NCBI GenBank assembly: GCA_033442325.1
Contig: JAWQFM010000013.1
Coordinates: forward strand, 526,070-590,069
DNA from: Salpingoeca rosetta
Taxonomy: Eukaryota; Protista; Choanoflagellata
Reading direction: 5' to 3'
DNA length: 64,000 nucleotides
Below are positions 1-22,604 of the stretch, piece by piece; positions within the stretch are counted from its first letter, which is position 1, and each line of letters opens with the position of its first letter. The notes under the pieces are model-generated. The model was not told the DNA's origin, made no database searches, and saw only the letters and a list, made by a program, of their open reading frames with translations. Made by a program: the position numbers and the translations under genes.

Positions 1-2745
<2,745 letters not shown>

Positions 2746-2874
2746 CCTCGTCGTTTTGCTGGGTGCAGAAGATGTTGTGAGAGACGTAGTGGTGGTGGGA
2801 GTCCTTCCGTGTGGCTGGCTGCTCTTCGTCGTCAACAGCGAATGTTTTCGGAAGATGTTGGTTATTTTTCTACA

Positions 2875-4490
2875 ATGATGACGGCAACAGGGAGCAGACG
2901 AGACGACGACGACGCCACAGAGCAGCTCGTGACTTCAAACACTAACACCACGACCACCGTCATGGTTTCAGAGAGCAGCAGGAGTGGGAGTCGGGGCAGC
3001 GGCAGTATAGGCGGCGTCATCGCTGGCCAGATTGATGCGTCGCGCAACCGCTTTCCATTTTGCGTTGTCTGGACCCCTCTTCCCCTCATTTCGTAAGTTG
3101 TGAGTGCTTGTGTGCTTGTGTGTGTATGCATGGGTGCTTGTGTGCTTGTGTGTGTATGCATGAGTGCTTGTGTGCTTGTGTGTGTATGCATGGGTGCTTG
3201 TGTGTGTATGCTTGTGTGATTGTGCATATGTATGTGCTTGAAAGGAGGTGCTCACCCGTGTGCATGTGCACATCTCTGCCTGCCTGCCTGCCTGTCTGTT
3301 CTGCAACAGATGGATCTTGCCGTTCATTGGGCATGTTGGCATTGCGTCGTCGAACGGCGTTATCTACGACTTTGCTGGCCCATACTTTGTCTCGGTACAA
3401 CGCAACAAAGACATGCGCAATGCTTGGTTGAGTGTGGGTGCGTGTGCTTTCACACATGACGTGGTCATTGCTTGGCGGTGCGCATGTAATGCGTTTCAAG
3501 GGCGCTCTTCGCTCATCTCCACGTGCCTTGCCTGCCTGCTTGCTTTTGCAGGTCGACAACATGGCATTTGGCAGGCCTACAAAGTACATAACAGCTGTCA
3601 CTGAAAACGAGTGTGCACTTTGTGTGGCGACCCGCCTTTGTTTTCATGGCAGCCGTACCTTCTCCACAGCTGTACACACATTGACACACACATTGACACA
3701 CACACACACACATACATTGACACACATACACACACGCGCGCGCATGGTTGACGTTTCCAAGGTACTGGCAGCTCGACCCGAAGCGGGCATCGTCAGACTG
3801 GGACTCTGCTGTCATCAGCGGCTCTGAGGAGTACAGAAAGCACATGGTAAGTGCAAGCAATGCCTGATCACTTGGTTGCTTGCTTGTTTCGCGATTCATA
3901 TCAACAGTCAGTGTACCGTGCTGCATCGCACCACGTCAACTCAACAGCTGTTTTGCTCGTGCATGTGCGCGCATGTATCGTTGACGCTTCTGCTGTCATC
4001 GTTGATGTCGTCGTTGCCTTTGCTGATGCTGATGCTGTTGCTCTTGTTTTGTTGTCAGCACAACTTGTTCTGTGACAACTGCCACAGTCACGTGGCGTTG
4101 TGCCTGAACAACATGGCCTATGGAGGCAAGCGCAACTGGACCATGGTCTCTGTTGCCTTGCATCTCGTCTTGCACTCACACTATGTCAGGTATGACTTGC
4201 GTGCGCGTGCGCGTGTGTGCGTGTGTGCGTGTGTGCGTGTGTGCGTGTGTGCGTGTGTGCGTGTGTGTGTGCATGTGTGTGAACGTGGACGCGTGCACGT
4301 CGTTGTGTGAATGTACTCTTTGTGTGCAACTGTGTATGTTGAGTTGTGCATCCGATGTTGACGTGTGACAAGACTAACGCCATGTACCTCCGGTTGTTGT
4401 TGCGTTTACAGCTTTGGGCGGTTCCTCTTGACGTATCTGCCGTTCCTCGTCATCGTCACCATGGTTGTCCTGTTGGTCCTCTTCGCATGA
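2875..4490 (+). CDS. TMEM222: Transmembrane protein 222 / RTE1-like (DUF778)
   Basis: Spliced product contains [66 protein letters not shown] and a C-terminal TM helix. GT-AG introns; stop TGA at 4488-4490. Confidence 0.93.
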
Positions 4491-4958
4491 GCACACGCAC
4501 ACACACACACACATACACACACACATACACATACACACGGCGGCGCTGTCATCCCCACATGCGGGCTTGCTTGCATGGCAGCTTGCCATTGCGCTGTGTC
4601 CATCCCTCCTTTGGTCATGGACTTTCCTTCTTTCCTTCGCTTCCTTCTTCCTTCCCTCAGTTACACCCTTATGTTAACGCCCCACGCTCTTGCACAAGGT
4701 GCTTCCCTCTCCGTCTCTGCCCTGTCTCCCATGCCTTGTACACATGCATGCGCACGCACTCGCACTCGCACATGCCCACGCCCACAAGAGAGAGTGGCAT
4801 TCACACAGTGTCAGCGCACGAACAACCAAAGAAAAAAAAAGTTGGGAGGACTGAGGGACTCAGCGTCCAGCGGTCGCAGGTGTTTGTGTGTGTGCGCGCG
4901 TGTGTGTGTCCGCCACAAGCAATCGTCCGAGCGAACGACGAAGAAGCAAGGGCGAGGC

Positions 4959-5137
4959 ATGCACGACGAACCTGTGAGCAGGGCCAGTGGCCACGGAAGG
5001 CGGGCGGTTGAGGACGACGATAGCGGAAGCGACGTGGAGCTGGAGCTGGAGACGTCTGCGGCACACGAGGTGAGCACTTGCTCAACGCTTGGAGGCCTGG
5101 TGCACGCGGCATGCACACATGCCTCATCTCACACATA

Positions 5138-5223
<86 letters not shown>

Positions 5224-5517
5224 GTAGATAGATAACCGGTTCTTTTCTGACAACGAGAACCGCAGCGATATTCGGAGTTAACAAGGAAGACTTTACAGCA
5301 GCTATCACAACACCCTTCAGGCCCACGCTACGCAGACGGCGTGTCTTAATGGAATCCGGCGTTTTCTATCCGCTCGGAGTTCCACCCGTTTCGGACTTCT
5401 CGCGGGAATGTGTCGAGTTCGGGACGCACGTGCAATTATGTTAGATTGGGTCACCCTTGACCTGGTCCACTTATCAGAGCGCGTGTACGGCAAAGGAATA
5501 CGTCCACACTCTATGGG

Positions 5518-5556
<39 letters not shown>

Positions 5557-5712
5557 CGTGTGCGTTGTTTTAGGCGTGGGCGACAGATAGACTGACCCCT
5601 GTTGTGGCAAGGCTATGTCACGAGGCTGAGATCTTAGCACACGACAATGTCACCATCCGTTCAACCCCCATGTCACTGGTGCGTGATCATCACAGTTGTG
5701 CTGTGCTCTGTG

Positions 5713-5769
<57 letters not shown>

Positions 5770-7006
5770 TGTGATGCACACACTGTGCCTGTGATACTGT
5801 GGACTGCATTGCGGTTGTTGCAAACCAACGTGCGCTGTGTGTGGCTTGTTTGCTTTCAGCTCCGACTCGTAGGCTGTGTCCAAGATATCGTCAGCGTGGC
5901 CATGTTTGTAAGTGGGCCGCTCATGCGTGCACACGAATTGTGAGCTGCCGACACGCACGTGCGCAAAGTAGCAATGCAACCTGCAACACCAACCCACCCT
6001 GTGCACACCGTCACAGCAGCACATCCCGGCCTCCCTGCCCCACGCCTTGCTGCTATCCTGTGCTTGTCGTTTGTTGTCTTCGACAGACTATGATGGATGT
6101 GGCGGACCACACAGGCGTCATCTCTTGTCGATCGTGGAGGCCGTTGCCATCCCTCCAAGGGTGAGCGAGAGCGCATGCGTAGTGTCCATCTGTTCACGTC
6201 TGAGCGCCCTGCTCACCTGCACTTCAATGTGCCCGCGTCCATCACCATTTCACACACACACACACTATACAACAGTGCATATGTGTGTATCGTTGGGCGC
6301 ATCGTGGGCAACGCAGATACGCGGATATTCGACCTCCAGCACGTGGCTCCCGTCACGGATTTTAATCAGGTCAACTAGATGTGTGGACATGTGTGTATGC
6401 GTGTATGCATGTATGCGTGTATGCGTGTGTTCTTACATGACTTTCAACTGGCGCACTTTGCAGATTACATACCACCTGCTATCAACTGTCTTCGTGTGGA
6501 AGGCCCTGGTAAGCGCGTCTTGTTTCGGCAAAGCACACGCACACACACACACATACACACACACATACATTCACACACACATTCACACACACATTCACAC
6601 ATTCACACACACATTCACACATTCACACACACACACACACAACACACACACACACTCTCTCTCGCACCTCGCTCCAGAGCAAGGGGAGCAAGCTTCGCTA
6701 CTCGCTGCTTGGATCGCGACGGAATGACATGCGTGCAGACGCGCCATTGTCGCACTGCCCATCAACGATTACAGCGTCGTTGACAGCACCGCCAGCGGGT
6801 GCAGAGGGTGGTGGCGGCGACAAGGCACATGAGTGTGATTTCACTTTGCATCGGGGCTTGTTGGATGGCTCGAGTGGACATGGGGTAGCTGATCGTGATG
6901 ACGGCGGTGATGATTGGGATGGTGGTGGTAACGGCGAGGAGGACGCACGGAGACACGATGTGGCAGAGCATCGAGGCCAAGGCCCTCCACACGAGCACCA
7001 ACGCCT

Positions 7007-7048
<42 letters not shown>

Positions 7049-7176
7049 GGAACCACGACATCGCCCACTCCCGTTTCTCCATCGCACAGTTGTCGGTGTT
7101 CTCACTGGGAGCGGTTCGCCCATGACAACGGCCCAAGTGATGCATCAGCTCACCGGCACCGCCCTCCAGGAAGAGG

Positions 7177-7248
<72 letters not shown>

Positions 7249-7548
7249 ATGTGGATGTGCGTGTGTGGATGCATGTGATGGTGTACGAACGTGTACATGC
7301 ATACATGGGTGCATGCTTTCGTTTACCTTTCTGCGTGTATGGGTGAGTGAGTGTACGTGTACATGTGGTCATGTGCACGTGTGTACGCTGACGTGCCAGC
7401 GTGTATGCGTGAGCTCTCATTTCCAGACGCATACGCACAATGGCGACTCACGGCGCAGCATCATGTGCAGGTTATTGCTGCGTTGACGTTTCTGCTGGAG
7501 GCTGGCATCATCTATCAAACAGAGGCCGACACATTCGCAGCATCGTGA
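4959..7548 (+). CDS. Replication protein A 32-kDa subunit-like (OB fold plus C-terminal winged helix), divergent
   Basis: Exons give LTPVVARL, LRLVGCV, VADHTGVISCRSW, YVCIVGRI and PVTDFNQITYHLL (RPA2 OB-fold signature). C-terminal LTFLLEAGIIYQT resembles the RPA32C winged helix. Confidence 0.8.
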
Positions 7549-8026
7549 CACGGTCGGTGCATGTATGGTTGCGTGCGTGTGTTTGTGTGCGTGTGACTGT
7601 GTGGCTGCATGGCTGTGTGGACGTTTATGTGTTGGTGTGTGTGTCGGCGTGTATGCGTGTGTGCGCGTGTGCGTTTGCAGTTTAACCAAGTGCGGCACGC
7701 TTGGCGTTGCTTCTCTTGATACTGTGGCTTGGTCGTAAACACAATTATGAACGCGCTTGCTCTCTGTCTCCCTCAACGTTGGGTGTGCCTTTGATGATGT
7801 TGTTTTGGTTTGTCATCAGTGCGAACAAACTGGCAAGCAAGACAGACCGAAGAAAAGGAATGAGCGGCAACGAGCAAGAACAGGGTCGATCGAAATAAAC
7901 GCGCGCGCTCAGACACGACAAAAGACGACGGCGAATTGTCACATCAAATGCAATGCACACACACACACACACACACACACACGTACAGTCATGTCGTCAC
8001 ACACACACACGTACAGTCATGTCGTC

Positions 8027-8077
<51 letters not shown>

Positions 8078-8128
8078 ACTTGGGGTGTGAGAGGAAGGGG
8101 AGGAGGAGCGAGCGCAAAGCCGCGTTCG

Positions 8129-10173
<2,045 letters not shown>

Positions 10174-10991
10174 GCTTCCCCCCCCCCCCAACCCCTGACC
10201 CACACTGGTGACACTGTATTTGCATTCGCTTGCGAGAACAACTAGGTGAGCGTTTACAGCACTGGAACGTTCCACGGCACAGATTGTAGATGTCACACAG
10301 TCAGAAAGTAACCGTAAGAACAGTACTAACAGTAGGCGCCGGGGGACGAGAATAATGTAGTGGTCGGCTCCCTTCAAGTACACAGAAGCGAAGGAAAGGA
10401 AAGGGGCAGAGGGACAATGGGATGCAAGCCCACTGTTGAAACAGTGGCTGTATGCAGATGCTTATATGTCAATGGGCGGCAGGGCGGAGGGAGTGCACTG
10501 TGAGCAAGAAGACTAACTGCTTGCTTGCAAGCAAGACGTAATGCTAATTAGTTGAAGCTACAACGCTACTAGATAGTCACTTGAGACGGTTTCGGCAATA
10601 ACTGAAGAAAATGTGGGAATAGGGAACGCACACCCGGGCGTAAGCGGCGCGAAGAGATGACAGTGAAACAACATGTCGAAACGGCGGCGTGTCAATACGT
10701 TTCTTACACAACTGCTTGTCTTGACTTGTCGGCTCGTTTGATGACGGGCGATACGTGCGGGCTCGTTTGTGTGAGCGTTTGGATGTTGCCTGCAGGCAAT
10801 GAATGCCAGAAACACAGACACATTACACGCGCACGTGCACACACGCACACACGCACACACATAGAGGATGCATACACGAAACAACACAGCGTTGGAACCG
10901 AGTGAGAAAAAAGGTTGATAGCACGGTTCAAGCGCATGATGGCATGGCGTGAAGCATCAACTTACTTTCGCGAGGGACGTCGTAGGCCACC

Positions 10992-15364
<4,373 letters not shown>

Positions 15365-15887
15365 CTTGGCTTGGCTTGTCTTCTCTTGGTGTGCGTGGTG
15401 GTTGCCAACAAGCGAACAAGGTAGATCGAGAGGCAGCGATGCAGCGAGGCAGCGATGCAGCGATGCAGCGAGTGAGGTAGCGAGGGTAGGTTGAGAGAAG
15501 TAGTGAGGCAAGGCAGAAGGCAAGCAAGCGCCAGCATCAGGGCTTGCGGCGGATGGCTGCCGTGCTTGCTTGCTGGGGCTGGCTGATTTGTGTGGCAGTC
15601 AGCTTCGTGTTTGTTGTTTGTGTGGGGATGATTGATCGCGCAATGTATCAGAACGAAACGAAAACTATTGGAGGACACCGTCAATATTCGCAAGACAAAG
15701 AGGCACAAGCCAGCCGTCACACACGAAGGACAGCAACTCGAGCCACACCTCGCTCCTTGCCTGAGACTCTTCACTTGCCTGTTTGCCCGTTTGAGGTGTT
15801 TGGTGTGGTTTTGTTTTCTCTCATCCCAGCCACGTGCAAAGGAGAGAAAGGAAAGGGAGCAAGCGAGAACAAGACGGAAGAAAGGAA

Positions 15888-16001
15888 GAAAGGAAGAAGA
15901 ATAAGAAGAACAAGAACAACATGAACAAGAAGAACAAGAACAAGAACAAGAACAAGAACAAGAACAAGAAGAACAAGAAGAAGAACAAGAAGGGGAAGAA
16001 C
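15888..16001 (+). repeat. (AAGAAC)n-type purine-rich repeat upstream of the Amt gene
   Basis: aagaacaagaacaagaac... tract. Confidence 0.9.
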
Positions 16002-16451
16002 ACAAAGGGCAACGACGAGGGCACAGTGCTCGCAGCTTCGCAGCACCTGAGGAGTGCCAGTGCACAGGCGCCACGAAAAACTAACAGGGCAAGGAACGCG
16101 GGCGGGAGAGATGGGGAGGCAACAATGAACGGGAAACGGGAATGAGGTTCTAACGACGCGTGACGCTTGGGCAACTACATAGTTGACTGTCACATCACAT
16201 TACATGACAAACTGACAGACAAAGAAGGCAGACACAAACCCGAAACACCGCAAGCGAGCAAGTAAGCTACGCGCGAAAAAAACAAAACAAAAAAACCAAG
16301 CTACGCATGACTACACAATTACCACGCTGCCTCCTTCTTGAACCACTCACTCACTCACGGAAAAGAAGAAAATGGAACCGGTGCAAGTTATGACTGACGC
16401 ACGCACACACACACGCCCACACCCACACCCACCCACCCACACCCACACCCA

Positions 16452-16506
<55 letters not shown>

Positions 16507-16568
16507 CTACGCTTGCCCACACAACGAAGACACAACCACCACCCACCACCAGCCAGCGATGGTTGCCG

Positions 16569-19493
16569 TCACGCCATTTGCAGGCTGGTGATGGCTGCGT
16601 GGAGATCGGAAAAGGACGAGCGCTGTGTCGGGTCCGGCACCAAGCACATGCTGTACATGATGGACCGAATCGCCGGTGGTCCCAGTGGCGGCTCCTCCAG
16701 CCGCAACGTGCCCTCCACCACCGCCTCACGCACATCCTCGTTGCTGGTGAGGTGGTCATAGGGGCGGCTGCCACGTGAGAAGATCTCAAACAGCAGCACG
16801 CCAAAGCTCCACACGTCTGCAGCCGGCTGATAGGCGCCGTCGTCGCCACGAAGACACTCCGGTGCAGCCCACCGCACGGGCAGGCGCTCCGTATCGGGCA
16901 GGGGTCGCCCAGAGCCAGGCCACTGCGCCAACGCAAAGTCGGCAATCTTGGGCGTGTATGCCTCTGCGAGCAGCACGTTGCGTGCAGCAAGGTCCAGGTG
17001 CACGACGGAACGGGCTGCGAGGTAGCGCATGCCAGATGCCACGCCCGCCGCAAACGCTTTCAGGCGCTTTGGCTGCACAGCGCCCGCAGAGCGCAGGCGA
17101 AGGTAGCTGTGCAGGTCGCCACGCTCACAGTAGGTCATCACCAGCTTGGGCAAGGGCGTGTCAAGGCACAAGCCGTGCATCTTGAGCACGTTGTCGTGGT
17201 CGAGCGTTGCCAGCACCATGGCCTCGTGCAGCAGGCTGTCATATCTGCTGCGGTGGCGACACGCCTTGATGGCCACGCGCCCCTCCTGGTATTGGCCAAC
17301 ATGCACGCGTGCAGTTCGCCCTTTGCCTGTATCGCCCAGTATTTGGGGGTTGGGCAGACACAATTGAGGGGGTAGGGTAGGGTAGAGGTGTTGATGGCGG
17401 TTGTACGTGAGCACATGCACGAAGGTGGGGATGGAGGAAAAGGAGAGGGGTGAGGCGTAGGAATTGTGACTGGAAGTGGGGCGCAGGGAAACGCCGCATT
17501 GGGATACAGCAACGAATGACAGCGCACACACCGACGAGACACAAACAAGCAGACATAAATCAATGAACAAGCAACAGGAACGAGCGAACAAGCACAACTG
17601 ACCGAGCACGCGGCCAATGCGGACGTCGGAGGAGGAGAGGAGAAACGGGCGCAGGAGATGCGTGCGCGCATCGTCACGGTACAAGGAATGCAATTCCGGT
17701 TCCGGGTTGAGGTTGATCAAGTCGCCATCACCACCGCCACCACCAAGGGAGGAGGACGCGGTGGCAGCGTCGGCGTTGAGGTGCGTGTGAGAGCTGGCCT
17801 TGGAGATGGACGCAGAAGACGGGATGCTGCACAGTGCGCCACACACGCACAAGCTGTCGAGGAGGGGCCTGTTGCAGCTGGGGCAGCGGCACACGCCCTT
17901 GTCGTCGCACGAGGCCAGGGGGCGCGGGCAGGGTGTCTGGGCAACAGCACGATCGTGCAGGTCCTGACATGAAGTGTGGATTGTGTGTGTGTTGGGGGGG
18001 GGGAGAGGGTGGAGAACGCGCGGGTGAGGAAGGCACGTAGATTGGTGGACATGTGTGAGGAGAGGAACGTAGTGGAGGAGTGGAGCAGGATAAACACTCG
18101 GCATTGCACGTGCACATGACACAGGTGCACGTGACAGGATCTCGCATACACACGCACAGTCTATGTGCGCGCAACTGCCACCCATACACACACACGCAAG
18201 TAGGCATATGTGTGCAACTTCATGTACGGGCCCATGCACAATTGTGGGTACCTTCATGAGCTCCTCAAAGTTTCCGTATGGGTCCTGGCGGCCAAAGCGG
18301 GCGAGGCGCAGGGCACCTGGCACGCCCTCTACCGCCGCGTGCTGGATCTCGCCCCTGGACATGCTGCTGATGATGAGTTGGCCGACATTTGTTTCGCTCA
18401 AGCGGAGGAGGTAGGGTGCCGTGCCGCCACGCGAGCTGTTGATGAGACGCGCCTCCGTCTCCATGCTGGTCAGTCTGCACACGCACACGTTCGCGGACGT
18501 GGCCAAAAGGTGGGGGGGGGGAGTGAGGAAGTGTGTGTGTGTGTGTGTGTGTGCGTGATGCCACGAGGGCAAAGGGCAATGTCACAAGATGGCATGTACA
18601 CAGATACAGACACAGACACACGCACAGACACACAGACACACAGACACACACACAAATACCAACAGTCCCAAACACACACACACACATACATACACATACA
18701 CGCACACACGCGCGCGCAGCATAGACGCTATACGCACCTGCCGTGGAATGCACGGTGGTTGCGGAGATTGAAGACAAAGACGGTGAGATGCAACGCGCAC
18801 GACGGACAGCAGCGCTTGCTGGTGACGGGGTGGCGTGGGGAACAGCGGCCACACACGAGCCCACCGCACGTCCGGCAGTGATGGCGTCGGATGGTGAAGG
18901 TGAACGTCGTGCCACACGCACGGCACTTTGGTGAGTCGTTGTTGGGCTGCCACAGCTGCTGGTCAACAAGAAACGGCGCGGGATCAAAGTTGCCCTTCTC
19001 ATCAAACTGCATCGGTGGGAGGTCCGGTGTTGGCAGCTTCCACGGCAGAATCACAGACATGCGGCTGTCGCTTGAGCTGCTCATGGGGCTGCCGGGGTCC
19101 TCCGGGTACCTGCTGTACGTGTCGAGCGCGTCTGTCAACTCGGGGGAGGACGCGACTGAGCTCAGCGCGGGCGTGACGTGGCGCTCCGGCGTTGTGAATC
19201 CTGTCGATGTGGCCGTGGCCGTGGTGGCGGGCATGTGCGATGGGTCAAAGTGGTCGTGGTGATCGTGGTGGGGATGGTGCTCGTCGTTGGCGGCGCCGTC
19301 GTAAACGTCATCAGCTTCACTGTTGCCACTGTTGCATTTGCTGCTGCTGCTGTTGTGGTTGTTGTTGTCGTCGTCAATGACTTGCACGCGATAATGTGCG
19401 GCGCTGCGGCGGGTGTGTGGAACATGAATTGTGTCGCTGCTCAGATCAAGCGGCCCAACCAACTCGTGCTCCTGTTGTTGTTGCTGTTGTTGC

Positions 19494-19524
<31 letters not shown>

Positions 19525-19909
19525 GCTGTCGTTGCTGTTGTTGTTGTTGTTGTTGTGCCTCGGGATGGCTGAGTGGCTGCACAGGGGGAGGGCCGCCACT
19601 TGACAAGGTGCCATCTTCGTGCTGGTGTGTGTCCGGTGGTACCGCGTCGTCGGGAATCGTGCGCACACCTGTTGGCTGCACTAACCTCGCTCCTTCCTTC
19701 ACACCTGCGCGCACGACAGTGTCCAGCAACGCAGCCACCACCCCAGCAACCTCCTCATCTTGGGTGGCGTTTGTGTTAGCGCTTGTGCTGGCGGTTGTAC
19801 TGGCGTGCATTGCCGTGTGTTCTGTTAATGCGGCCGTCACCACATCATCTGTTGTGTTGGCCGCAACACTGGCTATCTGCTCCTGTTGAGCTCCTTCATA
19901 ACTGCCGTT

Positions 19910-19977
<68 letters not shown>

Positions 19978-20500
19978 GCCATGCGCTGGTGGAGGTGCTT
20001 GCACTGGTTGTGTGTGCATGTGCCACCGTGGTGGTGGTGGCTGCTGTTGTTGCTGCTGTGATGCCGCTGTCAGCCGCCGTGGCTGCTGGGTCCTTGTCCT
20101 GTCCATCATCCCACGTGGTGTCCGCATCTGTTGGGTGTCCATGTCCGTTGCTGTTGTTGTGTGTGTCGGTGGCGTCGTGCTCGGTGTGGTGGGCGCTCGC
20201 GTGTGCTGCTGGCGGCATGTCGCTGCTGTGTGGTGCTGTTGGCGTTTTAGCGTCCTCAGTCACAGCAACGCCGCTGCCCGACGACGGGGATAATGACACC
20301 TGCTTGTCCTCTTCTCGCGCGGCAGGGTGTGCGTGGTTGTCGTCCATGCCGTTGGTGTGCATGGAGGGAGTGGGAACACCTGGCCTGCTCCTATCCTTGC
20401 AGCAGCTGTCGGAGTCAGTGCAGTTCTTCCTTCGCTCGTTTGCGGGTGTCCTGTTCAAACCAAAGCAATTCCAGAGGGCAGGAGGAAAGTGGTGAGACAT
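16569..20500 (-). CDS. Cytoplasmic tyrosine kinase with FYVE and SH2 domains
   Basis: FYVE (CRACG..RRHHCRTCGGLVCGRCS), SH2 (FHGR, YLLRLS) and TK motifs VAIK, HLDLAARN, KIADFAL, LPVRWAAPE, DVWSFGVLLFEI. Poly-Q N-terminus. Start is ATG 20500 or 20362. Confidence 0.9.
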
Positions 20501-21528
20501 TGCTCAGCACCCGATTTCGGTGTGCAGAAAAAAAAAGAGGGGGGGGGGGTATTGGCGCTCGCTCGTCGAGAGACTGTGTGTGTCTTTGCTGGCGGGGCGG
20601 GGAGGTTCGCGCTCGCTTTGGGAAGAAGGAAAATACACAAATGGTCACCCACCAATGGGGCGATGGACCAGAAGCAACAGCGCACAAGTCCACAAACAAA
20701 GAGACTCGACGAGCATGGACGACAAAGGAGATTGGTCCAGTCCAGTGTATGTGATGGTGTGTCACAAACAACAAACAGCGCAGCGGCGGGTGCGGATTTT
20801 GGTGTGTGATGACGCATTGGTACCACAGCAAGCCGAGCAAGCCATGACTTGCTTTGAGTTTTTGCTGTTGGGTGTGCGTTTCACAAACCTCAAGTCAAGG
20901 TGGAGAAGATCAATGCTTTGTGAACACGCCGGGCGGCCGCTCACTTGCTCGCTCGCTTGCTTGCTTGCTTGTGTCCGATGCTCTCTCGACGAACTGGCTC
21001 AGCAGACTCCAGCTTTGCTTTGCTTGCTTGTTTGCACACCGCTCACACCCACGATGCAAGTCCAAGACACAAATCGACGAGCGTCGTTTCGTCGTGTGTG
21101 TGTGTGTGTGTGTGTGTGTGGGAAAGCGAGGGCTGCAGAAGAACTGACTGCTGCAAACAAACCAAACAAACTTTGCAAATTGCATTTGATTAAACCTGTC
21201 TGACTTGAATTATTCTCCATGCGTTGCAAAACAAAAGAGTGGCGAAGTGGTAGCGAAACGGAGTGGTCCGGAATTTGTGCCAGCTGAAGGAGACACAGCA
21301 GAGATGCGCACAAACACACACCTGCCAACCAACCAAGTGAGCGAGAGTGCGCAAGAAGCGAGAGTCGGTGTGTTGAGAGAGTTGAAGGAGAGAGGTGCGA
21401 CCAACGATAGGAGGAGACACCTACCTGACTTACAGAGCACGAACGAGAGCAAGAGCAACAGCACAGGTCAATAAATACAGGAGAGATCCCAGGTACCAGA
21501 TCAACTCTCGCACAGCACACACAGCGGC

Positions 21529-21745
21529 ATGCAGGCGATCGCTGCGCGAGTGACGCGACGCGGCCACCGCCATCATCAGCAACACCAACACCAACAACAA
21601 CACCAGCACGATGCCCTTCTTGCAAGCGCAAGTGGTGGCTTGATGAAGCGGCACAGCCACAGTGCAAATGGCCACCCCATGTGTCAGGATGACATTGATG
21701 TCTGCCGCCACAACCTTCGCCAATGGATTCGAGGTGAGCTTGCTC

Positions 21746-21816
<71 letters not shown>

Positions 21817-22539
21817 TTTTGTGTGCGTGCGTCTGTGTGGTTGTGTGTGTGTGTGTGCGTGTGTGTGTGTGTGTGTGCAGAAGTTGCAACTCCAGGACTC
21901 CATCGGCCTCCGTCAATCATTTGGGTTGTCGCGCCTCACTGCCATGTTTCCCACCCTATGCCACACACCTCCACGCATTTCTTAGATGAGTTTCACATGG
22001 AGCTGGAGCTTGGACCAGGCCTCGAAGAACTCCGTAAGAGCAATCATCTGTGTTGCTGTCGCGAGAGCGTGCTGATCTTGATGCCATTTGGGCTGCATCT
22101 GGCTGTGTGTGTGTGTGTGTGTGTGTGTGCTTGCGACACAAGGGTGCTCTTTGGTGCGAACAATACTAGTACAGCGCGTGATAACACACACACACACACG
22201 CGCGCGCGCACGCGCACGCACGCACACTTTCACACGCACACGCACACGCACACTTTCACACGCACACACGCTCACTAACACTTTGTCCACGCGTTCGGTC
22301 CAATAGGCACGGGCGTGGTGCTGTGTAAGGTGGCTGGCATGATTGAGCTGGCCCAAACAAAGGCACTGCTGGCAGATGGAAAGCCGTGGAAGCCCATGCG
22401 CCTCAAGTTCAACGAGAAAGCCACCATAGGTGCCTTACCGACTGTCTCTTTTGCTGCTTGCTTTGTGCTGACTCCATGCTGTCATTGTCCACAACGGCAC
22501 TCATGCAAAGGCGCGCGCCTAAATTCGACTCCAAATCCC

Positions 22540-22604
<65 letters not shown>

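Noticed and set aside
2746-2890. RFX X-box upstream of the putative ciliary LRRC34-like gene
   Set aside because: Only a half-site (GGCAAC) is visible, which is insufficient.
5222-5520. SRP RNA hypothesis for the 300-nt insert (ccGAAAcgg on the minus strand)
   Set aside because: Lacks the helix-8 AGG/AGCAG internal loop and a recognisable Alu domain.
15834-16145. Lys/Asn-rich ORF (KNKNKN)
   Set aside because: Simple (AAGAAC)n repeat with no other coding signal.
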